64,000 nucleotides of DNA from Vicugna vicugna (Eukaryota), in assembly GCA_013265495.1 (NCBI GenBank), contig MU058233.1, positions 469,038 to 533,037 on the forward strand, written 5' to 3'. Below are positions 24,901 through 38,321 of this stretch, one piece after another (positions within the stretch are counted from its first letter, which is position 1; each line of letters starts with the position of its first letter). Under the pieces are notes generated by a model. The model was given only the letters and a program-made list of their open reading frames with translations. It was not told the origin of the DNA and searched no databases. The position numbers were made by a program, and so were the translations under genes.

Positions 24901-27358
24901 CTGCCCTTCTTCCCTATGACAAAAGCCACTCTTGGACTGCAGGGCAGGTTGTGCAAGCCCCTGGGTGTCCCAGGAGATCCACCTTGCAGGCAGAATTAGG
25001 ACGGGCCTGGCAGACCTACGTGTGCCTCTTGGTTGCCCTCGGGGTTGGCTGCACAATGCTCCGGCCCTTGCTCCTCAGTGCTCTGTCTGTGCAGGTCTAG
25101 AGGGTTTGCCACTAGCACCCAGTGGAAACCACCCTTCTGGTTTGGCATCCGTATGATTCCTTGTTGGTTTGCTTTTCAAACAGTAAAACACTTTTACCTG
25201 GTTCAGAGGAATCAAGCTCTATGGAAAAGCGTATTTTGGAAAAAGTCGACTCCAAACTAGCCTCCTTCAGTAACTACTCTCACCAGCTCTTGGTGAGCAT
25301 GTTTCCGGGGCATGTTACACAGCTGTCACCATACCGACTTGCAGTCTCTCCTTTTTTGTTGAAGGCAAAGATCATTCACCACATCTGTACCCATGTCTGG
25401 GAGGTGTGTACCCAGGAACAGAGATGGAAAGGAAAACACCCCAAGTTTTAGCTGTGGTCACAGGTGACTTCCTTTCTCTAATTCTGCTTCCTACTTTCTG
25501 ATCAACATATGTTAACTTTTATAGCCCACAAAACGTACACCTGAAGCCACATGTGAACGACTCACTGAGAAACCCTGCTCCTCCCCCCACACACCACATC
25601 AGCAGGTGGGTGGGTGGTCCTGGTCTGGCCGCCCAGCTCCCAGCCTTCAGGGCTGTCCAGGGCTGCCCAGCGGCTTGCATTGCATTTCTGCTGAAAATAA
25701 CGGAGCTCTTCCCAGCTTGGGATATGCGCCTCAAACCCGCTGACTGCAGCTGAGGGGCGGGTTTAGCTCTGGACATGGTCCCATGGTGGATGGGGTGGTC
25801 TGTGAAGGGAGCCAAGACTCCCCCGACCCTGGGTCACATCCAGTAGGCTCAGGACTGGTGGCGTCTCTGCAGGCAGGATTCCACATCCTTCAGGAGTAGG
25901 GAGCACGTGATCTGTGCTGGCTCTGGGTGCTCAGGGCCCAGAGTGTGGGGACCTGGGTGTAGCTCCACTGGCCCATGGATAGAAGGAAGCTCATGCTGTC
26001 GGTTTGTCTGGGGGTCCACGTACACAGCCCAGCCCCCTGACAGAGGGAGAACAGGGCTGAGACCACGCACATGACTAGGCTGGGTGAGGAGAAGCCTCCA
26101 GGCCACAGCACCTCCTCCAGGCTACCTTCTGCTCTTCACATGGGGAACCTGAGCCCCAGAGAAAGAGAGTGCAGGCACAGGCTGGCAGTGTGGTACTGAG
26201 ACTGGAAACTGCCTAGGACAGTGTTAGGCTGCTCCATCTTGCCCCACAAAGGCCCACAGCTTGGGGTGGGGGGCACTGCTCCCTCCAGAGGGGACCCTTC
26301 CAGCCAGTGATTGGAAAGCCATCGCACAGCCCCCTTGGTCCACGTGAGCATCTGCCACCCTAAGGCAGCAGGAGATTTGCTACTTGCAGGGTGGGAGGGC
26401 TCTGGGCGCAGCCTGCCCCCGCACTGCTACTGTCTCCTGTTGTGGGTTAGCGCCTCGTTGTCCGGGAGCCAAGCACTGTGGGCACAGCGGTGACAACAGC
26501 TGCTCAGGGCATGTCTGGAGGACTCCCCGTCCTCACACGTCCACCTTGTAGACGAGGAAACCGAGGCCCCGGGTGGTGAAGTCCTTGCCCGAGATCTGCC
26601 CACCTCAGGACCAGTCTGCACCTGGACTTGGGCTGCATTTTTCGGATGCTCTTTGTGGAGAATCAGAGCTTGAGCAAGGGTGGTCCTGTGCAACATCTGA
26701 AGGGGTAGCCTTTTCCTGGGCTGTAGGAGCGATGTTGTGGCCCTGGGCCGGCTGCCTGACCTCTGGGGAAGGGCCATCTCTGAACACCGCGGGTATAGAC
26801 GTCAGTCTGCAGAGCCTGCAGCTGCACGCGGGCTGGGAGGGGTCCGCCGCGTCACCCACAATCCCCACAGGCTCCTCATGGGAGGAAGGGCCCAGGCGAA
26901 CACAGCAGTGGAGGCAGCCTCAGTCCTGGTGGGCAGTGCCTCTGTCTCTGCTGGCCAGCTCATCACCCTCACCCACCCTTGAGCACAGGTGAGGGCCTTG
27001 AGCCCCATGTAGGGGGCGGGGCCACCTCCTGGGCTCCCCCAAGGCTGCACAGCACTGTGGCGTCTGGGCCTGTTTGTGTCCTGCCCATACTGTGCCCTGG
27101 CCCCTGTGAAGGCCTGTGGGGCTAAGGACAGTGAGGGTGGCAAACCGTCTGTCTCCCCACTTTCACCTCCACTGAGCACCTGGAGGCTGTGCTGTGCTTG
27201 AGGGGAGCCAGGGGAGGTGTAGCAGCATGGTCCCCGTCTTCCCACAAGTTGAATTTGCCCAGGAGGGGCAGCGTGGGCTGTGGGGGCACCCCTGTAGCAT
27301 GCGGCAGCCCATCTTCCCTCTGCCCCTGCTGAGTTTCTGGGCAGAGTTGGGGTCCACA

Positions 27359-27386
27359 GTGTGTGTGTGTGTGTGCGCGCGCGCGC
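27359..27386. repeat. (GT)8(GC)6 compound microsatellite
   Basis: Read directly: 28 bp of perfect purine-pyrimidine alternation. Confidence 0.95.
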
Positions 27387-29139
27387 TGTGGGGGTGGAGG
27401 GGTGGGTCCGCGTCCCAGATACTTGTATGCGTGTGTGCACACACGGGCGTCTGTCTGGTGGGGCTGTGCCTGGGTACGTGTGTGAAGCCCCACGCGTGTC
27501 CATGCGCCCAGGACCTATCTGGGTCCAGGTAGTGAGTCAGGGAACCATGGGACCAGCGGGCTGGAAGCCGGGTCAGCCGGCCCCCCCAGAGCAGGGCTGC
27601 CTGGGACGGGAGGTGCTGAGAAGGGCACCTGTGTGCTGGCAGGTGTTAAGGCTCTGGGCGCCGTCCCATCACATTCTGTGCCGGTGGGCAGTGGTCGACT
27701 TCTGGAGAAAGGATGCTGGAGTCTAGCAACCACTCCCACCATGGGCACGGGGATCACTGTGAGCTGGGGGCAGCTAGGGTGACAACAATGGCACACAGTG
27801 ACTGAGCGAGACACCTGCTGGGAGCCACCACCGTCCTGGCCCTGACCCGTTTGGCTCACGTGCAGTGTGCGGAGCCCCAGGAGGTGGGGGTCAGTCAGCC
27901 GTCTGCCGACGGACAGACCCGGGTGTGGGCCTCTGCTGCTCGCCTAGGGCAGGGTTACAGGTCTGGGCCGAGCCCACGCTGCCCAGGCCGTGTTGCCTGC
28001 TCCACCTCCTCTGCTGAGAGCCCCTTCCTGCCCATCTTCGGTGACTGGCGTGCGTGCTGGCCTGAGGACATGTCCCCAGGTGCAGTCTTCACAGGGCCTC
28101 CGGGCAGCTGGGCCACCTCCCAGTCAGGTTTTCAACACCAGGGGTTGCATAACAGCCGTGGCCTCCCTCCTCCAGCCAGGGCTGTTGCTAGGGAGGGTCT
28201 CTTAGCTCTCACACCTCGGGGCTTAGGCAGCAGTAGCCCCAGGGCAGGCCACGCCAGGCTAGAGTGGAGCCCTGGCCGGCAGGGAGGCTCTGACCCATGC
28301 TCCCTCCCTGACTCCCTGAGCGGTGCTGAGCACAGCTGTGTGCCTGGCCTCTGCCAGCTGCGGGCTTTGCTCCAGGCAAAGGAGGCAGACGGTAACTAGA
28401 TGGGCCGGAGACTGAGAGGAGACAACTGGCAGGTTCTGGGGAGGGGCCGGGGCCAGGTGGGGCTTTCGGGTTGAGATGTCTGGGGAAGGTCAGTGAGGCC
28501 ACTGGCGGAGGGGCGGCTGGGTGGGGGCGTTGGGTGTCACTGAGGTCACCTGAGGCACTTTCTCTGTTGGGAGCTGGAATCTGAAACCTCCATGCAGTCA
28601 AGTGCTCTGGGGACTCGGGGCAGATGTGTTTGGCTCCAGTTTGGAGTGGAGAACCTTCCAGTGCCCTGGTTTGCCCCAGTAGTTCTGGGAAGAAAACTCA
28701 CCCGAGTTCCCCACATCATGCAGCTCACCAGGACTCTGCGTGCACACGGAGGGAGGGCTGATTGGGCCCCTGACGCCAGCCCGGCTGTTAGTACGCGCAT
28801 GTGGTAGGGGTGACGCAGGGGGCTGTGAGTGTGTCTACATGGGGAGGGACTGCCCGCCTCTACTTCTTGCTGGGAGCAGCCATTCGGGATGGTCACTGCC
28901 TTCTGGACTCTGCACAGGCCGCAGGCGTGGAGTTGCACACACTGACCCGGCTACAGGTGCCTGTGGGCCCCAGACAAGGGAGGGTTCTCTGGTAAGAGCC
29001 TAGCGTCAGCAGGCGTGGCGGGGAGCATCCTTGTGAGGCACAGGCGTGGCCTTGTCAGGGGGCCGCCACCCACACACGTGATCTGCGTAGATGCTGAAGG
29101 TCATGGGAAGCAGGAACGATGGCAGTCAGAGTCTCCACT

Positions 29140-29275
29140 TGCTTCATCCTCCTAGCAGCCCCTGCAGCAGGTGCTTGCTGTCCCCATCGTGTAGACGAGA
29201 GAACTAAGGCATGGGGGTTAAGTCACATGGCTGGCAAGTAGCAGAGCAGGATTGGAACCCAGAGCAGGTCTGGGG
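29140..29275 (-). mobile_element. MIR SINE
   Basis: atcctcctagcagccctg...tccccatcgtgtagacgagagaactaaggc..gttaagtcac..ggattggaaccca is the reverse MIR core. Confidence 0.6.
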
Positions 29276-32200
29276 CGGGGGTCTTTGCTGCGCCTTGAGG
29301 GGTTGCGGATTGGAGGCCATGCGACCTGAGAGCAGCAGGGCTCCTGCCCGTCCAGCGTGGGCTTCACCGCTCTAGTCTAGGGCCCATGTGTGGCCGCTCT
29401 GCCTTTCTGTCCTTGGAAGGGGCCTCACAGTTTCACACTGCGTCAGGAGTTGGCCCCATGGACCCTGATCCTTGCTGGGCTGGCAGGTTCCTGGTGGGAC
29501 ATCCAGACCAGCTCCCATGGGAGCCCCGGCCCACTGATCACCCCCAACCTGACATGTTGTGCCATGTGGGGTGCCTGGCAGCTGCTGCCCTCCCTGCAGA
29601 TACACTCTCCAGCCTTGGATTGTGGGGTGTTCATGCTCATGTGACCCCAAGACTCCTGCCTCAGGAAGAGCCAGAGTCCCCACAGGAACCCTTGGGAGCC
29701 GGCCGTGGCCTTGTCACTTACCTGACGTCACACATCACAGCTGTCCCTCCGACCCCAGCCCCACGTGCTGGTCTTCAGACCCTGGCAGGGCCCTGGCCAG
29801 TGCTTTTCCCACGTCCTGCATGGCCTGCCCTCAGCCCCAGTGAGGATTTGTCAGACAGAAGCACGCCTAGACTCGTCTGCTGGGTAACACCAGGGGCCCC
29901 TGGCCCCTGAGATCACATCTCTGCCTGGCCCAGATCCCCCAAGGGTCCCCTTTCTGTCATCTGCGGAAGAACTCGTGTTGCCCTGGAGACCTGGCCCAGC
30001 CCATCTCCTCACCTCAGGCCCCGCCCCTGGACCACCTGCCTCGGGCCTCTGCCCCTGGCTCTTGCCGTCTCCCAGGCCCTCCCGGCCAGCTGAGGCGGCC
30101 AGTGAGGCTAGAGAGCGTCTCCTCCTCCTCACACGTGGCCCCAGGTTGCCCTGTCCTGCTCTGGGACTGTTTCCTCATCCAGGGGGTGACGAGATGCAAG
30201 TGCCTGCTGGGCTGCCTCACGTCCTCCTGTCTCCTCTCTGAGGCCCTCCTCTGAGCTGACCCTGTAGTTTGTTTCTCTTTGTCCCCCACCCCGGACAGAA
30301 GGCAGGCACGAGATGCTTCGGCGGTGGCTGCTCTGGCTCCTGGCCTGCCTAGGCTGCTCCCCCTCCCGAGGTGGGCCAGGCGGGCTGGCTGGCAGCAGCT
30401 GTGCAGGTTCGGGGCACGGAGGGGGAGCTCCCGGGGAGCGAGCCTGAGACCTGCTTGGGCACCTGTGGGCGAGCACGGGATGCACCGTCTGGGTGTGCAG
30501 GGGCTGGCGGTCGGAGCCTCTGGGCTCGGTGCTCGGAGTCCTCCCCCGGTGTCACAGGCTAAGAGGGCCCTGGACAGAGACTGACTTCAGAACATAATTG
30601 TCGGGACAGTGGTTGTGAACATTAAGTCCCAGCTGAATGTTGATCAGAGGGCAGCTCAGGCAGCCACGGGGCAGGTCTGTCTTCTTTCCAGGTGACTCTT
30701 CGCTGTCGCAACAGCACACAGCGGGGGCTCAGCGGACTTGTGAAGGAGTGGGTGTCTTCACAGGGCCCGGGAGGGGGCTTAACCCCGGGAGGGGCCTCCC
30801 CGCCTGCGGACTGGGGGCCCAGCGCTCAGGAAGCAGCCGCAGTGCTGACAGAGGCTGCAGGCATCCTGCTGGGGCTGCCCTGTGGCTGCCCGCCTGACTC
30901 CTGGGTCTTAGACCATCTGCCCTCCAGCCATGCTGGCCTCACCAGGTGTTGGGTGCCCAGAGCGCACTGTGGGCAGGGACTCAGGGACAGGGTACTGAGG
31001 ACAAGTGCAGTGAGCCAACAGAGGACTGACCCAGAGGGGCCAGGATACAACAAGCAGGGTCCAGAAGCTTTTGGAGCGGCTGAGGTCAGTGAGGCCTTCG
31101 GGAGACCATCCTTGGAGGCAGTGTGACACTTTAGCGGCCATGGTGGACGGTGCTGGGCCAGGGAATGAGGGGCCTCTCAGGTGGAGATGCCTCGCCTGGG
31201 AGTTGGCAGACTGGCAGTGGGGTTGGGGAGAAGGTGGGGAGCAGTGCCTGTGTGGTGTGAGTATGAACTTAGGAGGGAGACGGGACAGGGAGGACAGTCC
31301 TGTCCCAACAGTGTAGCTGGAGGGGGCGACTGGACCTGGGCCCCATACCAGGGTGGAGGCAGCCCAGCCAGCTTCCAGTTCAGCGTTTGACCCGAGAGAG
31401 GTCAGAGGCAGGTATTGGAGGTGCCCCAGGATGGGGGTTGGGCCAGGCAGAGGGACCTTCCCACCCGCTCCATCCTGGCCTGCAGGACACTGTGGGCAGG
31501 GAAGGGCAGAGGCTGTCTGCTTGGAGGAAGGCACTGTTTGGGTGGTTCATGGGGCCTCCTTGGTTTTTCTGGGGCTTCCCCTGTTTTAGCACTGAAGCCC
31601 CACACCCCAGAAGCCCTCTCAGTCCCAGGCAGACAGGGAGACTTGGCCGCTTGAAGGTGGGGTCACCAGTTGCTGGTAGGCGGTGCAGAAGCCACTCTTG
31701 TTTGGCCAAGACGGAAGGGGAGGGGGTCCCTCTTGAGGAGTGACTCTGCGCTAAACCATGCGCTCCCCTGAACACAGGGAAGGACGTGTGGTCTGCCCCA
31801 TGGTGCAAACCACGGCTGAGTAATCCAGGCGATGAGTGGGGAAGGTGGGGCAGGACTCTGGGTTGCGGGGAGGTTTGAGCCAAACTCGCAGGTGACGGGA
31901 AGTGAACCACGTGGCTGCCAGGGCAGAGGGCAGAGCCGAGCCGAGCCCCAGGCAGACGTGTTCTGAAGGGTGTCCAGGCTGGGGGGTGACAGGCTGCCAG
32001 GCGAGCTGTGAGGGAGGCTCTGAAGGTAGAAGGGGTGGGGCCGCACTCCGACTAGACGTGGTAGGGTTCAGCCTGCACTTCTGGAGCCATGGAGAGCTGG
32101 TGCCGAGCCGCAGATCCCGGAGGGCTGCTGGGGCCCTCAGGTCCAGGAGCTTCTGAGACTCAGGCTACCGCAGCTGCCCACAGCCTTCTGGCGCCTCACT

Positions 32201-35200
32201 GGGAGGCAGCTGTCATCCACCAGGACCTCCCTCCCACACAGGGCGGGAGGTTGAGGGGCAGGTGGGGCCAAGGGCTGTGGTGAGGGCTCAGGTGGGTGGT
32301 CCCCTGGGGCCAGGCTTTCCTCTCCTCCTGATGGGGCCAGTGACAGGGTTGCCCGTGTTTGGTGACAAGAGGTGGGCTCTGTGGGGCTGGGGCCCAGGTA
32401 TCAGGAAGCAGGCCCCAGTGTGCTTCCTGGAGCAGGGGGGCTCCCACCTGGCTGGAGGGGTGTGGCCATGCCTTTGCCTACAGGGCCTGGGGGCCTGGAG
32501 GAGCCTGGTCCGTGTGGGGACAAGGAGCCTCAGCCCCCAGTGAGGGGAATCATTCCTAATCTGTGTGTGTCAGCTATAGTTACTTTTCTCTCTCCCCGGT
32601 CAGTTCACTGATGCAGTTGGAGACTACATTGGTGCTGTATAGTAATAATGTTTAGGAGAGCTGAAAGTAGTCATGTAAAATCACTACAGGAAAATCTAAC
32701 CTGTGATTTCACAACAGCTCGCACCCCGCCCCAGTGGTCCAGGGAGGGTTCAAGGGCTTGGCCACTGCCAGGGGTGCTGGGGGCTTCACTGTGGGGTGAC
32801 TGCCTCAGGCTACGAGGGGTTGTGCACTGCTGTGCTTGGCAGTGCCTGCTCTGTAGGTTCCCTGCACGCGGGCATGGGCACATCTGCCCGTGTCTGTGTG
32901 CTCACAGGTGTGCACTGACCCAGGTGGGTTGCACAGGTAGGTCTGTGCGGGGGAGGGGTTGGCTCAGGCTCTGCTGACCGAGGCCCTGCCTGGACCCCTC
33001 TTCAGGTCTCCTCACTTGGAGGCAGACACTCTGGTGACAGCAGGAGCTGGCCACCCCCGGGGCTGGCTAGAGGGTCTGGGGTGCCAGTAGACATGACCCT
33101 AGACCCTAGACCCCAGACCCCAGACCGACCCCAGACTGCTGGAGTGCCTCCCAGCTCACCCTGAATCATTGTAGCCTCGGCAGTGCCTTGGTTTCCCCAT
33201 TTGTACAGTGGAACACTTGTATCACCCAAATTGGTGGGCTCACCTCCACACACCGCAGCCTCGCTCCTCCCTGTGGGTCTCCCCATAGGCTCTCTGATCT
33301 GTAGCTCTGATTTCAACTTCTGGGCACAGCACTCCCTGGGGCCCTTGGTGTGGCGGTCGTTGTTGGGCTCAGCATCACTGGGAGCCTCACCCCAGCCTGG
33401 GCGCAGCTGCAGCCCCAGTCTACAGATGAGGCAACTGAGGCTGGGCAGGGCCAGCACTCCCAGCACAGGCTCAGTGGGGGCAGAACTGTGGCACTGCGTG
33501 TGCCCGAGCGCAGGTGAGCCTCCAGAAAGGGCCCAGACACACCCTGCAGGAGTGGCATCATGGGCGGAGGGCAGCTCGTGCTCCCCAGCTGTGTGCTGTG
33601 GAACAGGTGCCTGCCCCTGTGACCGCGGGCCCGTGGGACAGACGCACAGGATCTGTGCCCTGAAGCCCAGGGACCTTGGGTCATGCTCAGGGCAGTGGCT
33701 CAGTGGGAGCCGCTGCTCCTGGACCCTGTGCGCCCTGCTGTGGAGAGGTCCTGTTGAGATGGTGGTTTTCCTTCCAGGAGAGGGAACTGGCGGGGCCGTC
33801 GGCTTAGTTCATCCTCTCCAACCTTCAGGCAGGATGTGCACTGCAGGAGGCCCCTGCCCGGGAAAGCCGGGAGGAGAGAGCCTGTGGTCTCGCTGTCCCC
33901 TCGGTCTGCACAAGGCCCACGCCTGCTGCACACTGGCTCACCCTTGGCCTGGCCAGCGCCGGCAGCTTTCCCGCTCCCCTCCTTCTAGGTGCAGGAGTTC
34001 CTTCCCTGGGCCCTACCTGACACCATGGGCTGTGGCCAGGATGGAGCTGGACTGAGTCCAGGCTGGGGAAGAGGCCCAGGCACTGATGGTTCAAGGATTC
34101 TGACAGCCTAGTTGTTAAACACCAGAATGTTGGACTCGGGTCTACAGAAAATATGATGAACTAGAACAATTTGTGGTTGACAAGTGCGTCCTTTTTGCCA
34201 CGTGAACAGCACAGTGGCTGGATGTGTCTGGAGAGATAGCCTGGAGTTTTCCTGAGGCCTTTCTAGAACCTGTGGAGGGGCAGAGGTGGGCCCTGTGCAG
34301 CCCCCACCACAAAAGTCACCAGGCCTGCTTTGCTGCGCGTCTGCCCCTTTGTCGTCTTTGCTCACAGATGCTTGTAAGAAAGACAGATCCCAGCCCAGCC
34401 AGGTGTCCCCGTGTTTCATAGTCAGTAGTGGAAATGGTAACACGTTCCGTGTGTTTGCTCAGACTTCTAATCAGACACACCACAGACAGCCCTGTTCCCT
34501 TTCCAGGGCTCAGACATGAGAGCTCCAAGATCATCCCCCAGGCTAGAAGCGGTTTCTGTGACATTAGCCAGGTAGGTAAGAAGTGGCCTCGGACAGCCTA
34601 GGAAGGCCCTGAGTGGCTCCTTCGCACAGAGTGAGTGGCTCCCCTGCAAAAGTGGGGCTAAGCCACAGTGACTCGGGACGTGTGTGTCGCTGGGTCAGGT
34701 CACCCAGTGGCAGCATGCTTACTTTTTCCAGAAGGAAGTGGGAAGCTGGGGAGAGCTAATTGGCCGCCTTCTGTGGCAGTTGGAAGGTCAGAGAGGCCCA
34801 GGGGGCCTGTCAGGTCAGGGCTCTGGGGGCCTCACTGCTCCCGGGGGCCTGTGTGAGAACAGCCTGTGAGCAATGAGATCCTCGCAGGCTGGGTGACCAG
34901 GAATAGCGCTGGACATCTCGGGCCCTTGGACTCTGTCTCTGAGGGGGGACAGCACTTGTGTCGGGGGGGCACCAGCAGTCAGTAGTTATTAAGTACCCTG
35001 CGGTGGGGAGTCAGTTCCTGTCTTCACCAGTACTTTGTCGCTGGAGGGACAGCATCCATTTTCTTCCCCAGGGAGGCCTGTGCCGTGTGCTCGGCCAGCT
35101 GCTGACCGATGGAGCCTCCCTCTAGCATCCCTGTCCCTGGGAGATGGGCACCAGAGAGGGAGAGTGGAGCTCCTCGCCGCCTCAGGGACTTTGCACCAGC

Positions 35201-37226
35201 TGCTCCCAGTGGGAGGCTCCCCAGGCTCTGACCGAGGGTCCTCCCCACGCTCTCTGAAGCGGCTCCTTCCCTTCTGCTTCCTCCCTATGTTACCTTCCCA
35301 CCTGTTTGTGTGTTGTGACAACTTGCCTTTTGGGCAGGCTCCCTCCTGAGCTAGTTATAGCTACCTGGAGGCGAGCTTGCACACAGTTGGCGCTCGCTGC
35401 CAGTTAAAGGGAATGACCTGATGCCCGTGAACAGGGCAGGCGCTGGGAAGTCCTGGGGTCAGCGGGGGCTCCGTCGTCAGGGCACGAGGGGAGAGTGGTC
35501 CCCTCGGGCTGAGATGAGCTGGTGCTCTGAGAGGTTCGGGATTGGTGAGGACATCTGACCAGGGCTCTAGAGGAGGCCACAGAAACGCAGGTGGCCTGGG
35601 GTGTCCCTCCGGTCTGATAGCTCACAGTGGCTATCCTGCGACTGGGAAGTTGCTCAGGCAGAAGCCTGTGGAACTTTGGGCAGACCCACGTGTGTGGGCC
35701 AGGCAGGTCATCAGCTGGGACCCGAGTTCCAGGCTGGTAGGGCCGCTTCCGATAGGGAGTGCTTCTGACCTCATAGACTTTCCAGAACAAGCACCGTGCT
35801 TGTGGCCTCATGGCTCAGCTGACTTTTAGGAGCCCCCAACCCTACTGGCACACCAACCCTTAGTGTGGGGTCAGAGGTCAAAGGCTGCTGTATGCCCCCT
35901 CTTGAGAGGCTCTGGAGGGCCTGTCCCTCCTCAGATCCTGCAGTGAGCCCCGGATCTGTGTGACCATGGCTTTGGGCCCCTCCTTGGGCAGTCAGTCCGG
36001 GAGACGGGAGGAACCTCCTGCCGCCATGGGCAGCCACAAGCCTACCGTGCCCATGACTGCTCCCAGACCAGGCTGCTGGTCACACGTGGCGGGGCAGTCG
36101 TGGGAGCTTCCACACCGAGGGGCACTTCCTGTGGGACCATGGGGCTGTCACTGAGGGGCATTTCCTGTGCGGCCGTGAGGGTGGCACCTGGAATGTGGGG
36201 TAGCACCTGGGATATGTCACCACTGCCCTCATTTAGGCTGGCCTCCCCACCTCCTTGGGCAAATGCTTTCAGAATCTTGTGGGTCGCTTGTTGGTATTCC
36301 CTTACCTCTCTGTTCAGCAGCCCAGTGTAGCTGGGAGGGGTGCCACCTCACCTGCTCACCAGCAGAAAATACCAGGCCCTCTTGGGCTCTGGGCACATTG
36401 GTGGGGCTGCAGATGGGCGTGGGTCCAGGACCACCTCTGCATAGTAGGAGCCGTGCAAGTGCGCAGGCCTGGCTGGGGGCAGGGGAGACCACGCTCCGTT
36501 GTCGGTATCAGTGTAGCACGTGCTTACTGAACACCCGCCGTGTCTCAGGCCCTGCTCGAGGCACTGGGTGCAGCCATGCAGGCAGGCACAGGTCCCTGTT
36601 CTAGGGACGAGAGCTGGCTGAGATGGGGCCTGCTTTCCCAAGACAGGCTTCCGTGGCATCAGGATGCCCTGCTGCGTGGAGCTGGGCTGCTGAGTAAGCC
36701 CTTGGGTGGCTCAGGACCAGGGGATGGGCGACTGGAGCTGCAGCGTGTCTGCCTGTGGCCAGCTACTGTGGTGGTGGCCCTCTGCCCAGGAATCCAAGGG
36801 GCACCCCCCAGGAAGAGCCTTCCCTCACTAAGGCTAGCACAGCTGCCAGTCTCAGCACCTGCTTCCTGCTGAGCTTGGGCGAGGCCTCACGCTGGGCCCA
36901 GATCAGGGCCCTCCATTACCGGCTGGGAAACTCACTCCCCCTCCCCAGACCCCCAGTCCTGACAGGCCCACACATATCTGACCCATCTGCCCCCTACCCA
37001 TCCGTCCATCTCCTTTCATCCTCCCTCAGATGGAGCCCCCCCAGGGTGGGAGGCTCCTTCCCAAGGTATGAGTGTCAGCTTGCGAGCCCACTCAGGGCAG
37101 GGTAGGGTGGGGGCCGGCACCTCCAGGTGTGTGCTGTCACTGCCCAGGTCCCCGCTCAGCACCACACAGTCTCACACGGTGTCCCTGGTGGGGTAACACG
37201 TAGAATCGTGGGTCACTGCCGATTAA

Positions 37227-37658
<432 letters not shown>

Positions 37659-38321
37659 TGAGCAGAGGCAGGAGACCTGCCCCAGGTGGGTCACAGCCAG
37701 GGAGAGGCCAAACCGGGCCAGGAACCCAGGGGTTGGGGGTAGGGGTGCTCAGCTGAGGCGGGGCGGGAGGATGCACTTGCTGATAGGCTGGCCCCGTTTC
37801 CCCATTGCGTCTGTCAGGCTCCGCCGACTACAGGGTGTCCAGCGTGTCTGTAATGCGTGGGGACCAGGCTCATTGCTAAGTGCTCTCCATCTGCTAAACT
37901 TAAGTGAAATGCAGTGTGTCTGCGAGACGGGGAGGGAGTCATGTCACTTGTGGTTGGTGGTCCAGGTGCAAGGAGCAGCCCTGCCCCGGGGCCTTCCTCT
38001 GCAGCTGCTGGGGGTGAGCCCTCAGGGGGAGGGGCTGTCCTTGCTGGGATGGGGCTGGGAGACGGGTCAGGGGTTCTCTCCCCGAGTGCAGGGTTCTGTC
38101 CTAGGTGTCGGCTCAGCACTGCAGCTGCTCTCCTCTTCAGGGACTCACTGGTTTGCGCCTTCTTTTCAGAGATGGGTTTTCTTGGTGTTTCACACTCCAC
38201 TTTCAACTCCCTTGGGGATTGGAAGGCTGGTGAGGGGGCAGCATGTCTCAGGGACCTGGGCTGGATGGGGGGTCTGCAGGCACACCTGCCCAGGTGGACA
38301 CGTGCTCTTTCTTCCATGCAG

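Noticed and set aside
32595-32670. Box C/D snoRNA in an AT-rich intronic patch (TGATG...CTGA)
   Set aside because: Box C is imperfect (TGATGC) and the complementary segments are not placed as a terminal stem flanking boxes C and D.
37914-38321. N-terminal 136 codons of the 579-aa ORF as a stand-alone gene
   Set aside because: It starts at a non-ATG codon in intronic sequence. The strong acceptor at 38321/38322 explains where the meaningful frame begins.
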